Source: a virus. Taken from it: a DNA stretch of 46,958 bases. Within the stretch, counting starts at the first letter, position 1. Every line of letters begins with the position of its first letter. The notes below the pieces were generated by a model. The model did no database searches and was not told the origin of the DNA. It saw only the letters and a program-made list of their open reading frames with translations. Location: the IMG/VR virus record IMGVR_UViG_3300042731_006922, positions 1-46,958 of that record; one strand, written 5' to 3'. This document shows positions 16,769 through 26,427 of this stretch, in pieces. Made by a program: the position numbers and the translations under genes.

Positions 16769-18157
16769 ATGAAAAAGCAATTTAAAGCACTTACAGACGG
16801 TTTTGTAAACATAGTTAAGGGATTAGGTACTAAAAAAGATGCCCGATCTTATAATAGGTATGTACGTGGGTTCAGGATTACTGAACAAGTAGCTAATGAC
16901 CTTTATGTTTACAATAGTCTTGCGGCTAAGATTGTAGATGCACCTATTGATGATGCTACACGAAAGTGGAGAACTCTCCTTATTCCAGACGCGGATAAAA
17001 AACAAGAAGTAGAAAAAGTTATAAATGAATTTGAGGTTAAGGAAAAAATAAATATAGCCTCGAAATGGGCTAGGATTTTTGGGGGTGCTGTTATAATTGC
17101 TATAATAGATGGGGAAGACTTAGCATCCCCACTTGATATAGAAAGAATTCGACCTAATTCTCTTAAAAATTTTATAGTGTTAGATAGATACAAGTTGTAT
17201 TCAAGTATTGCTGATGATAATACTTTATCTGAAAATTTCGGTAAGCCTGAGTATTATATGGTTTCAGAACGAGGACAACCCATCCACTATACTAGATTGA
17301 CAAAATTTGACGGTGTAATACCCACTATTAGGGAATACAGAGAAAATGATTATTGGGGAATATCTATATATACTAAATTATGGGAAGATATAGCCAATGC
17401 TCAAAACACGTTTAATTCTATATGTAATTTAGTTTTTGAAGCTAATATGGATGTATATAGAATTAAGGGTTTAAATCAGCTTGTAGCGCAAAGGCAAGAT
17501 AATTTAGTATTGGATCGTTTAAAAATCCTTCATCAAATGAAAAGTATCCTTAATGGAATTGTGCTTGACCAAGAAGATGAATATGACAAAAAGACAGTAG
17601 ATTTTTCACAATTAGCCCAAATTGATGACAGAAGTATACAAAAAGTGTCCGCAGCTTCAGACATACCCGTCACACGCTTAGTAGGAATATCACCGGCAGG
17701 AATGAACTCTACAGGTGAATCTGACTTAAATAATTATTATGATGGTGTTCAATCTGTTCAAGAAAATAAACTTAGACCTAAAATCGAATGGATGGACAGT
17801 ATAATAATGGCTTCGCATTTTCAGACAACTGAGGTTTTAGATTGGGAGTTTAAACCACTTAAACAGTTAACAGAAATTGAACAAGCTTCAGTAGATTTAA
17901 GTAATGCTCAACGCGATCAAATTTATTTGAATCAAAACGTCATCCAACCTACTGATGTAATGGCACAATTAGCTGAAAATGGCACATATGTGAAAATAGA
18001 CGAAAATAGAGTAGAAAAAGAAATAAAAGAAGAAGAAGAGCTTAATTTTACTGAGGGATTAGAAGAAGAAGAAGAAACAGAAGAAGAGATGAAAGAAGAA
18101 GAAATAACGGAAAGTAATGGCGAAGAAAAAGAAGAGAAAGAAGAGAAAGAAGAATAG
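16769..18157 (+). CDS. portal protein (DUF1073-like)
   Basis: Size, position before the Mu F-like gene, and N-terminal region (YVYNSLAAKIVDAPIDDATRKW) fit DUF1073-like portals. Start set at ATG 16769 downstream of the hairpin. Glu-rich C-terminal tail. Confidence 0.75.
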   Translation: MKKQFKALTDGFVNIVKGLGTKKDARSYNRYVRGFRITEQVANDLYVYNSLAAKIVDAPIDDATRKWRTLLIPDADKKQEVEKVINEFEVKEKINIASKWARIFGGAVIIAIIDGEDLASPLDIERIRPNSLKNFIVLDRYKLYSSIADDNTLSENFGKPEYYMVSERGQPIHYTRLTKFDGVIPTIREYRENDYWGISIYTKLWEDIANAQNTFNSICNLVFEANMDVYRIKGLNQLVAQRQDNLVLDRLKILHQMKSILNGIVLDQEDEYDKKTVDFSQLAQIDDRSIQKVSAASDIPVTRLVGISPAGMNSTGESDLNNYYDGVQSVQENKLRPKIEWMDSIIMASHFQTTEVLDWEFKPLKQLTEIEQASVDLSNAQRDQIYLNQNVIQPTDVMAQLAENGTYVKIDENRVEKEIKEEEELNFTEGLEEEEETEEEMKEEEITESNGEEKEEKEEKEE

Positions 18158-18965
18158 TAGAGAATTACCTAAAAATGCTCTGGTAGCTGCGCCTATAACA
18201 GAGCCTAAAGGGTTAGAGGTACAATATAGGAAAGAATTAAATAAACTTGGAAGAGCGCTTATAAGAGCTGTAAATACTCAATTACTTCCTTATTTAAAAT
18301 CATCTCAACAAGAATATGTTATTGACCAAGTAGGAGGTGAGTTATCAAGAATTTTTGCAAGTTTAAACGCACAATTTACAGGAGGATTTACAGCCGCTTT
18401 TGCAACTACAACAGCTAATCAAGCTGTTGATAAACTTGATCTACAAAATAGAGATAAATTCAATGATTCGATAGCATCTATTACAGGAATTGATTTAGGT
18501 AGCATTATTCAAGTAGAAGGGCTAGAAGATATACTACAATTAAGTAAAAAGGATAATGAAATTTTAATAAAATCATTACCGCAAGAATATTTAAAAGATG
18601 TAGAAATTATTGTAAATAAGGGGATTACAAGAGGTGCTACATATTCCACTATAGCAAAAGAAATAACGGCTAAAGTAGGTTCAGCTAATAGTAAACTTGC
18701 TGGTAGAATAAAAACTATCGCAAGAAATGAAATGCAGACTATAAATTCTAAATTAAATTTACGTAGGTCTGAAAGTTTAGGGATAACTAAAGGGGTATAT
18801 AGGACATCAGAAGATGAAAGGGTAAGAAAGTGTCATGAGGAAATAAATGGAGTTATTTATGAACTTGCAGAAGGGGCATGGTCTCCCACTTGTCAAAAAT
18901 ACATACAACCAGGGATTACAGATATAAATTGTAGGTGTAGGTATTCACCTATTATTGAGGTTTAA
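18117..18965 (+). CDS. head morphogenesis protein (SPP1 gp7 / Mu F family)
   Basis: C-terminal RTSEDERVRKCHEEINGVIYE motif; follows the portal gene; Lys/Arg-rich N-terminus. Confidence 0.7.
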   Translation: MAKKKKRKKRKKNSRELPKNALVAAPITEPKGLEVQYRKELNKLGRALIRAVNTQLLPYLKSSQQEYVIDQVGGELSRIFASLNAQFTGGFTAAFATTTANQAVDKLDLQNRDKFNDSIASITGIDLGSIIQVEGLEDILQLSKKDNEILIKSLPQEYLKDVEIIVNKGITRGATYSTIAKEITAKVGSANSKLAGRIKTIARNEMQTINSKLNLRRSESLGITKGVYRTSEDERVRKCHEEINGVIYELAEGAWSPTCQKYIQPGITDINCRCRYSPIIEV

Positions 18966-18969
18966 TATT

Positions 18970-20265
18970 ATGCCTGGAGAACATTCAGTAATAAAATGCA
19001 CAAAAAACGGTGTACAAGGTTGGAAAAATACAGCTACTAATATTTGTTTTACCGGTTCAGGGGCTAAGGCAAAAGCAACTGAACAAATGCAAGCTATATT
19101 AATACGAAAACAAAAAGATTCAGCTATTATATATGATCGAGCTTCAATTCTGAAAGCCACTATAGACGAAGTATCGGGTTTTTTGACTGCCCCGGTCACG
19201 CTCGCGCGCGTGGGCGTGCAGTACTACCAAGGATGGGAATTAGGTCTTACTGATAGGGCTATGGACAGGATAGGTGTATATAGATCTCCTGAAGAGGTTT
19301 TTAATCAAGAAAGTATAAATACTTTTGTAAATATGGTGGTTACAGATGAGCATCCTTCTGAGTTAATTACTACTGATAATGTTAAAAAATTTCAAATAGG
19401 TACTGTCTCTCAAGTTACTAAAAGTTCTGATGGTAAGACTTTAGAAGGTCTTATAACAATTACAGATAAGACTAAAATAGAAGAAATAAAAAATACAAGA
19501 AAAACAAAAGATAAAAAAATAGAGGTTTCAGTCGGATACTTAAATGAATTAGTACAAAACGTAGGCGTAGATAGTGGGAATTTTTATGAGTATAGTCAAA
19601 CAGGCATCAAAGGTAATCATTTAGCTATAGTAGACAAGGGTAGGTGTGGTTCAGATTGTTCAATAATTTTGGACAAAAAAGGGGGAGAGCATATGGTAAT
19701 TACAATTGACGATATTGATTTTAATATCGAAGATACACAACTTGCACAGGCTATTTTGAAACAACAAAAAAGTTTTGATGCAAAAATAAAATGGATGAAA
19801 AATAAAATGGATGAAAAAGATCAAGAAACTGAAGAAGAAATGGAAAAAATGAAAAAAGAAAAGGAGGAAATGAAAAAAGAAAAGGATAAAGCTGACGCTG
19901 CAAAAGATGCTTTATCCACACAAATCCTTGATACAGAAAAAATTAATAAAATGGTTAGCGACAGAGCTGCTCTTTTAGTAGAAGCAAGTGCTATTCTTAA
20001 AGATAAAATGCTTGAATGTATAGATTGCCCTCGAGAAATAAAAGCGGCAGTTATTGACCATGTACTTGACTTAGGAGATCTATCGGCAAAATCTGATGAC
20101 TATATTAACGCTTCATATGATCTTGCTATTAAAATGCATAAAAATGCTAAGAATTCATTATCCAGACTTAGTAATGATCTTAAAATAAACGATCAAAAAA
20201 TAGCGGATAGAGAAACCGGTCGTATTAAATATATAAAGGATTTTCTTAAAGTAGATCAAGTATAA
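18970..20265 (+). CDS. DUF2213-like prohead scaffold or protease protein
   Basis: ARVGVQYYQGWELG, VVTDEHP, SVGY and GNHLAIVDKGRCG match my recollection of DUF2213. Coiled-coil E/K-rich C-terminal half. Start set at ATG 18970. Confidence 0.65.
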   Translation: MPGEHSVIKCTKNGVQGWKNTATNICFTGSGAKAKATEQMQAILIRKQKDSAIIYDRASILKATIDEVSGFLTAPVTLARVGVQYYQGWELGLTDRAMDRIGVYRSPEEVFNQESINTFVNMVVTDEHPSELITTDNVKKFQIGTVSQVTKSSDGKTLEGLITITDKTKIEEIKNTRKTKDKKIEVSVGYLNELVQNVGVDSGNFYEYSQTGIKGNHLAIVDKGRCGSDCSIILDKKGGEHMVITIDDIDFNIEDTQLAQAILKQQKSFDAKIKWMKNKMDEKDQETEEEMEKMKKEKEEMKKEKDKADAAKDALSTQILDTEKINKMVSDRAALLVEASAILKDKMLECIDCPREIKAAVIDHVLDLGDLSAKSDDYINASYDLAIKMHKNAKNSLSRLSNDLKINDQKIADRETGRIKYIKDFLKVDQV

Positions 20266-20287
20266 TAAGTTTAAAAAGGAGATAATA

Positions 20288-21070
20288 ATGCCGGTACAAA
20301 CAACATACCAACTTGAGCTAGACGCTGCTTTTGAGGGTCAGATAAGAGATTTATCTCTTCGAAATAAGTTTTCTAAGACGGCAGAAGGTTCAGATATTGC
20401 TTTTGGTCGAGCTGTTGTTCGGGGCACAACAGATGAGCAAGCTCTCTTACCTTCTTCGAATGAAGATAAATATATAGGGGTTACTGGTACAACTTCTGCC
20501 TGGTCAGAGACTGCTGCCGGATTACATCTATACGAACAATATCGAACAATGAATATTATCGATTACGGGCAAATATGGATATATACTGAAACTGCCGTAG
20601 TTCCTGGGGATGATGTATTTTATCGTTTTATTGCTGAAACCGCTCCACTTGATGTATTAGGACGGTTTAGAAATGATGATAGTGGAGGTAATGCTTTAAA
20701 AATTGAAGGTGCGACTTTTGAAACTACGGCTGCGGCAGGAGAGCTTGCTGTAATTAAATTAACTTCAATTGAAACAGCTTTGCAAGGATTTGAAACTCTT
20801 ACTACTGCTGGTGGTGCTTCTTTATTTACTACTACCACTTTAATAGATACTTCTGGCGGCGCTTTTACCACTACTTTAGCTGCCCCTTTATATGACGGTC
20901 AAGAAAAAATTTTAAAAGTAACTGGTTATACCGCTGTTACTGATGTAACTGTCACTAATTTTTTTGATGGTACGACTATTACTTTTTCTGCTCTTAATGA
21001 TACAGTTACCCTAAGGGCTATAAATAGTGACTGGAACTTAATTTCTAATATTGGGGCTACTATAACTTAA
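20288..21070 (+). CDS. putative head decoration or cement protein
   Basis: Lies between the scaffold and the major capsid gene; strong SD; A/T/G-rich. Confidence 0.45.
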   Translation: MPVQTTYQLELDAAFEGQIRDLSLRNKFSKTAEGSDIAFGRAVVRGTTDEQALLPSSNEDKYIGVTGTTSAWSETAAGLHLYEQYRTMNIIDYGQIWIYTETAVVPGDDVFYRFIAETAPLDVLGRFRNDDSGGNALKIEGATFETTAAAGELAVIKLTSIETALQGFETLTTAGGASLFTTTTLIDTSGGAFTTTLAAPLYDGQEKILKVTGYTAVTDVTVTNFFDGTTITFSALNDTVTLRAINSDWNLISNIGATIT

Positions 21071-21082
21071 TAGGAGGGGAAA

Positions 21083-22012
21083 ATGCGGCAACAAATGACT
21101 TATGACGCTGATACGGGACTTGCTTTTGTTGAGTCTCAATTATCTTACATTGAGAGTAAAATGTGGGAGGTTCAATATAGAAAAATAACATATAATCAAG
21201 TTATTCCTATTTCGACAGAACCGGGTGAATGGGCGCAATCTGTTGTATATTACTTTTCGGATCGAAAAGGTAAAGCTAAATTTATAGGTTCAAAAGCTTT
21301 AGATGTACCTTTGGTAGAAGTAGGTACAGAAAGAGCAGTTACCCCTGTAGAGTTAGCGGGTATAGGTTATGACTATTCTGATGAAGAAATTAGACAAGCC
21401 ATATATTTGGGTCAACCGCTGCCTCAGAGAAAAGCAAACGCAGCAAGAGAGTGTTATGAGGATTTAACTCAAAGAACCGGATATTTTGGAGATCTCACTC
21501 TTAATTTACCTGGATTTTTAAATAATGCTAATGTGCCTTCTTCTGTGGTAGTAAACCCGGGCGCGGGTACTGAGTGGGTGAACAAAACTCCTGATGAAAT
21601 TACTTTTGATATAAATGATTTTTTAGGTGATATTTTTGTAGATACTTTACAAATAGAACAAGCTGACACATTATTACTTCCTACTCAGCAATGGAATTAT
21701 ATTGCAACTACTCGTTTAGATATAGTCAATAATACTACTATTTTAGAATATATTGTAAGTAAAAGTCCTTATTTAAATTCTACAGCAGATGTTATACCTA
21801 TTCCTGAGTTAGTCGGCGCGGGCGTGGGGGGTTCTGATCGGATGGTAGCTTATACTAAATCTACTGATAAAGTTGTATATTATATTACTATGCCATTGAG
21901 GTTTACTGAACCTCAACGTGAAGGATTAGGTTTTATAGTTCCAGGTGCTTTTAAAATAGGTGGAGTAGAATTTCGTTATCCATTGAGCGCAAGGTATGCT
22001 GATGGTATCTAA
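21083..22012 (+). CDS. major capsid protein (DUF2184-like)
   Basis: 309 aa. Position after the DUF2213 scaffold and decoration genes. N-terminal FVESQLSYIESKMWEVQYRKITYNQVIPIS resembles DUF2184 capsid proteins. Confidence 0.65.
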   Translation: MRQQMTYDADTGLAFVESQLSYIESKMWEVQYRKITYNQVIPISTEPGEWAQSVVYYFSDRKGKAKFIGSKALDVPLVEVGTERAVTPVELAGIGYDYSDEEIRQAIYLGQPLPQRKANAARECYEDLTQRTGYFGDLTLNLPGFLNNANVPSSVVVNPGAGTEWVNKTPDEITFDINDFLGDIFVDTLQIEQADTLLLPTQQWNYIATTRLDIVNNTTILEYIVSKSPYLNSTADVIPIPELVGAGVGGSDRMVAYTKSTDKVVYYITMPLRFTEPQREGLGFIVPGAFKIGGVEFRYPLSARYADGI

Positions 22013-22025
22013 TAAAGGAGAATAA

Positions 22026-22328
22026 ATGTTAAATATTATTAATAAATCAAAATCCATAAAAGTATTAAAAGCCATGGATTTACATAGATTTAGATTATTT
22101 CCTGGTTCTAATATGGTAGAAAGTAAAGAATTATTTGATAAATATATTGAAAATAATAAAGTAGCTAAAGATATGTGTGAAAAATATATTGAGGTTAAAG
22201 AAAGTTTTTCTCCTCAAGAAAAAATACTAGCTGAAAAATCAAAACAAAAAAATGATATGTTAAATAAGGGTCAACGTCCGCCAACAAAGGTTGAAAGACC
22301 TAGTATATTTTCTAATAAGGTAAAATAA
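22026..22328 (+). CDS. hypothetical protein (100 aa)
   Basis: AAGGAG SD. Confidence 0.5.
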   Translation: MLNIINKSKSIKVLKAMDLHRFRLFPGSNMVESKELFDKYIENNKVAKDMCEKYIEVKESFSPQEKILAEKSKQKNDMLNKGQRPPTKVERPSIFSNKVK

Positions 22329-22714
22329 TGGCTATAACTATTGCTGCTTTTAAAATCAGATTTCCTGGGTTTGTCTCTATTGATGATACTAGAATACAAG
22401 TTTTTCTTGATGATGCTCAATTGTTAATAAATAAAGAATATTGGGGGGATATATATGAATTAGGGGTATATTATTTAACTGCGCATTATCTTGCACTTGC
22501 ACTTGAAGCTGAAAGTATATCTCTTGGTACAGGCGGTAGCAAATCATCAAAATTAGGAGGTCCGGTAAATTCACGTTCTGTGGATGGTTCAAGTGTTTCT
22601 TATGCCGTAAATGCAGCGGATGGGGATATGTCTAAATATTTAAGTCAAACAGGTTATGGTGCTCATTTTCTGTATTTAATGCGAACATTAGGGGTTGCCG
22701 CATATGTCATTTAG
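22328..22714 (+). CDS. head-tail connector protein (DUF4054-like)
   Basis: FKIRFPGF...YWGD...YYLTAHYLAL pattern; position after the capsid gene. Confidence 0.55.
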   Translation: MAITIAAFKIRFPGFVSIDDTRIQVFLDDAQLLINKEYWGDIYELGVYYLTAHYLALALEAESISLGTGGSKSSKLGGPVNSRSVDGSSVSYAVNAADGDMSKYLSQTGYGAHFLYLMRTLGVAAYVI

Positions 22715-23192
22715 AATCAAACGAGATATCAAAAAAGGCGGATTATTAGGGGTTGTGAAAAGAACAAAAACCCCTGGCACTGTTGATGTAGGGGTTATTG
22801 ACGCTGGTGAACATGAAATACAAGAAGGTAAAGTAAAAGAAGCTACTGTTGCATTAATAGCTCTTTGGAATGAATTCGGAACTTTGGATGAAAATGGGGA
22901 TGTGCATATTCCAGAAAGATCTTTTTTTAGGTCCACGTTAATAGAAGAAAGATCTAATATTATAAAATTACAAAAAAAATTAGTTTCTAAAATAATATTA
23001 GGAGAAACAACGACCGAAAGGGCTTTAGGTTTAATCGGTGAATTTGTTGCAGATAAGGTATCTCAAAAAATTGTAGATCTAAAAACTCCTGAAAATGCAA
23101 CGTCCACTTTAAAAGCAAAACGTCCAAAAACTAATCCTTTAATTGATACGGGTCAATTAAAGAATAGCATTACTTATGAGGTTAATAGATAA
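22704..23192 (+). CDS. head-tail adaptor, HK97 gp10-like
   Basis: WNEFGT motif and position. Start set at ATG 22704 (the track uses TTG 22695). Confidence 0.5.
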   Translation: MSFRIKRDIKKGGLLGVVKRTKTPGTVDVGVIDAGEHEIQEGKVKEATVALIALWNEFGTLDENGDVHIPERSFFRSTLIEERSNIIKLQKKLVSKIILGETTTERALGLIGEFVADKVSQKIVDLKTPENATSTLKAKRPKTNPLIDTGQLKNSITYEVNR

Positions 23193-23539
23193 TGGCTATT
23201 AATGATGTAACTGATGCTTTTGGAGACTGGTTAGAATTAATTACAGGGACTCGTAACCCTGGTTCTTATGTCAATGGTAGATGGATTGATGATGTTCCTA
23301 TTGATATATCTTTTTATGGCGTGGTTCAAAATTCTGAACCTAGAGATTTATTAGTATTAGAAGAGGGTAATCGAACATCAGAATCTATTAAAATACATAC
23401 TATCTTTAGGTTATACCCTGAAATTGCCAGTACTCATAAAGGTGATATCATTAACTACGACAATGAGCAATGGCTTATATATAATGTAGCCTATAGATTT
23501 ATAGGCAATTATAATAAAGCATTAGCAATAAAATTATGA
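23192..23539 (+). CDS. neck or tail-completion protein (putative)
   Basis: Gene order only. Confidence 0.45.
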   Translation: MAINDVTDAFGDWLELITGTRNPGSYVNGRWIDDVPIDISFYGVVQNSEPRDLLVLEEGNRTSESIKIHTIFRLYPEIASTHKGDIINYDNEQWLIYNVAYRFIGNYNKALAIKL

Positions 23540-24045
23540 CAATTATTGAAATAGAGGACACTATAAAAGCATGGATAAATAACGAAACAGGGGTTAATAC
23601 TGTATTTGCTTATCAAGATGCCCCTAGACCTCCTACGCCTTATGTACTTGTTAATTTTATATCAACTATTCCAGTAGGGGAAAGGGAAACAAAAAGTACT
23701 TTATTACTTGATGAGTCTATAGATAATGTTTATTCTACTCCAAATAGTACTACTATAAGTATTAATTGTTATAGACAAGATGCTTTTCAAACTGCTGTTA
23801 ATATAAAAGAAAGTCTTTCTAAGGTAACTATAAGAGAACAACTTTGGATTGATGGCTTAGGTTTTTTAACCCATACAGCTATAAATAAAATACCTACAAT
23901 TGTACATAAACAATGGGAAGAAAGAGCGCAATTTGATATATCATTTATGGTTAGATTTGAAACAACTGAAAACATTGAAACAATAAGGAATATAGAAATA
24001 ACTAATGAAATCGATGGTGAAATAACAACAATAAGTTATCCTTAA
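23536..24045 (+). CDS. tail terminator or neck protein (DUF3168-like, putative)
   Basis: FAYQDAPRPPTPYVLVNF pattern; immediately upstream of the sheath gene. Confidence 0.45.
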   Translation: MTIIEIEDTIKAWINNETGVNTVFAYQDAPRPPTPYVLVNFISTIPVGERETKSTLLLDESIDNVYSTPNSTTISINCYRQDAFQTAVNIKESLSKVTIREQLWIDGLGFLTHTAINKIPTIVHKQWEERAQFDISFMVRFETTENIETIRNIEITNEIDGEITTISYP

Positions 24046-24063
24046 TAATTTAAGGAGAATACA

Positions 24064-25548
24064 ATGGTAGAAAGAGCAATAACAAGATTTATAGACGTAG
24101 AAATACGAAAAGCCACACCGGGGGTGGCATCCGCAGAATTCGGACTCTTATTATGTATAACACCTTCTAATTTATTGACTACGGGATCTAGAGTTAACTC
24201 TTTTACTAGTGTTAGTTCAGTAGAAAATTTTTATGGTGAGGATTCTGAAGAAGCAAGATATGCTGATGCGTATTTTAATCAGGACCCTGAACAGGGCACT
24301 TTACCCGAAGAATTATTATTTGGAAGATATGTAAACACTTCTATTGCCGCTGTTTTAGAGTGCGGTAATAACCCTTTAACAAATATAGCAACTTGGCAGG
24401 CAATAACAGATGGTGAAGTTCAAGTTACATCTGATTCCGGTGTAGAGGAACTTATAGGGTTAGATTTTTCAACAGTAACCTCACTTGATGACGTTGCTAC
24501 CGTTATTGACACTGCTTTAACTGATATTTCTTGTACCTGGAATCAAGTAAATAGATTTATTTTTACAAGTAATACTGTGGGGGCAACCTCCACAATATCT
24601 TTACTTTCGACAGTAACGACTCCCGTGGGCACTGATATCAGTGGAACAGGTTTTCTTGACGGAGATATTTTAAAAAGTCCATCTAACCCTGGGGGATCTA
24701 TTATATCCGCAGGACAAGACGCTGAAATACCGGCTGATTGTATACAAGCTATTCGTGATATTAATGATGCTTGGGCAGCCGGGGGTGCTTTAAGAGTATT
24801 TAGAGATACAACTGATGCACAAGACTTTGCAGCGGTTATAGAGGGGTTACGTAAAATTTTTATCCTCGCTTCTAATGACAGTAATACATTAGTGTCAGGC
24901 GATACTTCTTCAATTACTTATACTCTCAGAGATCTTAATTATAGAAGAACAGCATTTAATTATTACGATATAGATACTTTATACCCTGATGCTTCTTGGT
25001 TAGGAGGACAACTCCCTAAGAGTATAGGTTCAAGTAATTGGGCTTATAAACCACTTGCAGGGATTGCACAAGGGGCCGCATATGATATACCCGCCTCAGA
25101 ACTTACTCAAGCTCAAATTGACGCAGCTTTAAATGTAAATTGTAATGTTTATACTGAGACTTTAGGGTCTTCTTACATGTACCTTGGTACCATGGTAGGG
25201 GGTAGGAATACCGATAAAGATGGCGAGTTTATTGATATTGTACGTAATATAGATTTTCTTCAAGCACGTGTTGAAGAAGGTCTTTTAAACCTTTTTTTAG
25301 AAAGGGATATTATACCTTATACTGATGGGGGTATTTCATTAGTTGATAATCGTTTAAAAAGTTTACTAGATACATACGGTGTAAAACAAGGTATTTTAGT
25401 GGAAGATACTGTTGTAACTTCTTTTCCGAGTAGATCTGAAGTCTCTATCACAGATAGAAATGATAGATTATTACCTGATGGTACGTTTACAGCCGAGCTT
25501 GTAGGTGGCGTTAATAGAGTAATTATAAGAGGTACAGTATTCGTATAA
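24064..25548 (+). CDS. contractile tail sheath protein (DUF3383-like)
   Basis: 494 aa; followed by tube, chaperone and tape measure genes; N-terminal FIDVEIRKATPGVASAEFGLLL pattern. Confidence 0.7.
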   Translation: MVERAITRFIDVEIRKATPGVASAEFGLLLCITPSNLLTTGSRVNSFTSVSSVENFYGEDSEEARYADAYFNQDPEQGTLPEELLFGRYVNTSIAAVLECGNNPLTNIATWQAITDGEVQVTSDSGVEELIGLDFSTVTSLDDVATVIDTALTDISCTWNQVNRFIFTSNTVGATSTISLLSTVTTPVGTDISGTGFLDGDILKSPSNPGGSIISAGQDAEIPADCIQAIRDINDAWAAGGALRVFRDTTDAQDFAAVIEGLRKIFILASNDSNTLVSGDTSSITYTLRDLNYRRTAFNYYDIDTLYPDASWLGGQLPKSIGSSNWAYKPLAGIAQGAAYDIPASELTQAQIDAALNVNCNVYTETLGSSYMYLGTMVGGRNTDKDGEFIDIVRNIDFLQARVEEGLLNLFLERDIIPYTDGGISLVDNRLKSLLDTYGVKQGILVEDTVVTSFPSRSEVSITDRNDRLLPDGTFTAELVGGVNRVIIRGTVFV

Positions 25549-25558
25549 GGAGAATACT

Positions 25559-25990
25559 ATGGCAGATTTTAAAAATTTTTCATTTAAAAATGTAAGTGCA
25601 ATTTTTGGTCCTATTTTATTTGAAGGGTTTGCTGAAGGTGATGACGTAATTGTAATTGAATCCACTCAAGATCAATTTTCTATGGTGGTTGGTGCCCAAG
25701 GGGATGTTATTAGAACTCAAACCTCTGATAATTCGTGTACATGTACTATTAAATTACTTCAAACCAGTAATACTAATGAAGAATTAACAGTAAAATATAT
25801 AGCAGATAGAAGAACCGGATTAATTACTGAACCTTTATTAATTACAGATCGAGAATCGGGGGAAGTTTATTCAATCAATAATGCATGGATTAAACGATTT
25901 CCCACGGTTACACGAGGGCAGAATCCGAACTCAATGGATTGGATTTTCGATGGTGATTTCTTAACCCCAGCACTCACATTATTACCATAA
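25559..25990 (+). CDS. tail tube protein (DUF3277-like)
   Basis: 143 aa directly after the sheath gene; FEGFAEGDDVIVIE pattern. Confidence 0.65.
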   Translation: MADFKNFSFKNVSAIFGPILFEGFAEGDDVIVIESTQDQFSMVVGAQGDVIRTQTSDNSCTCTIKLLQTSNTNEELTVKYIADRRTGLITEPLLITDRESGEVYSINNAWIKRFPTVTRGQNPNSMDWIFDGDFLTPALTLLP

Positions 25991-26007
25991 CTTAGAAAGA
26001 TAGTAAA

Positions 26008-26427
26008 TTGGCAATAGAACAAAAAAGTAGAGAGATAGATGGAGTAACATATTATGTAACTCAAATGGATGGTATACGAGCTTTAGATATTCAACTTAGA
26101 TTATTAAAAATTTTAGGTCCTGCACTTCCGAAAATATTAGGTTTAAAAAGTTTTAATATTTCAGATATAAAAAATACTTTAGAAAAAATAACCCCTGATA
26201 TGTTAATTGAAGTTTTACAACCTTTAATAGATAATTTTGATGATCAACTTGTAAAAAGTTTTGTTTTATCTTTATTTAGTAAGGGTGTATTTTTAGATAA
26301 ACCCACTATTGAAGGAAAAATGATTAAACAACCTTTAGATATTTTAAATGATTTTAGAAGCAAACCTTTTACAATATGGAATGTGGCTCGATTTATTCTA
26401 GAGGTAAATCTCGCAATGGGGGAGTAA
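26008..26427 (+). CDS. tail assembly chaperone (G-like)
   Basis: Position between the tube and tape measure genes; TTG start in the track. Confidence 0.55.
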   Translation: MAIEQKSREIDGVTYYVTQMDGIRALDIQLRLLKILGPALPKILGLKSFNISDIKNTLEKITPDMLIEVLQPLIDNFDDQLVKSFVLSLFSKGVFLDKPTIEGKMIKQPLDILNDFRSKPFTIWNVARFILEVNLAMGE

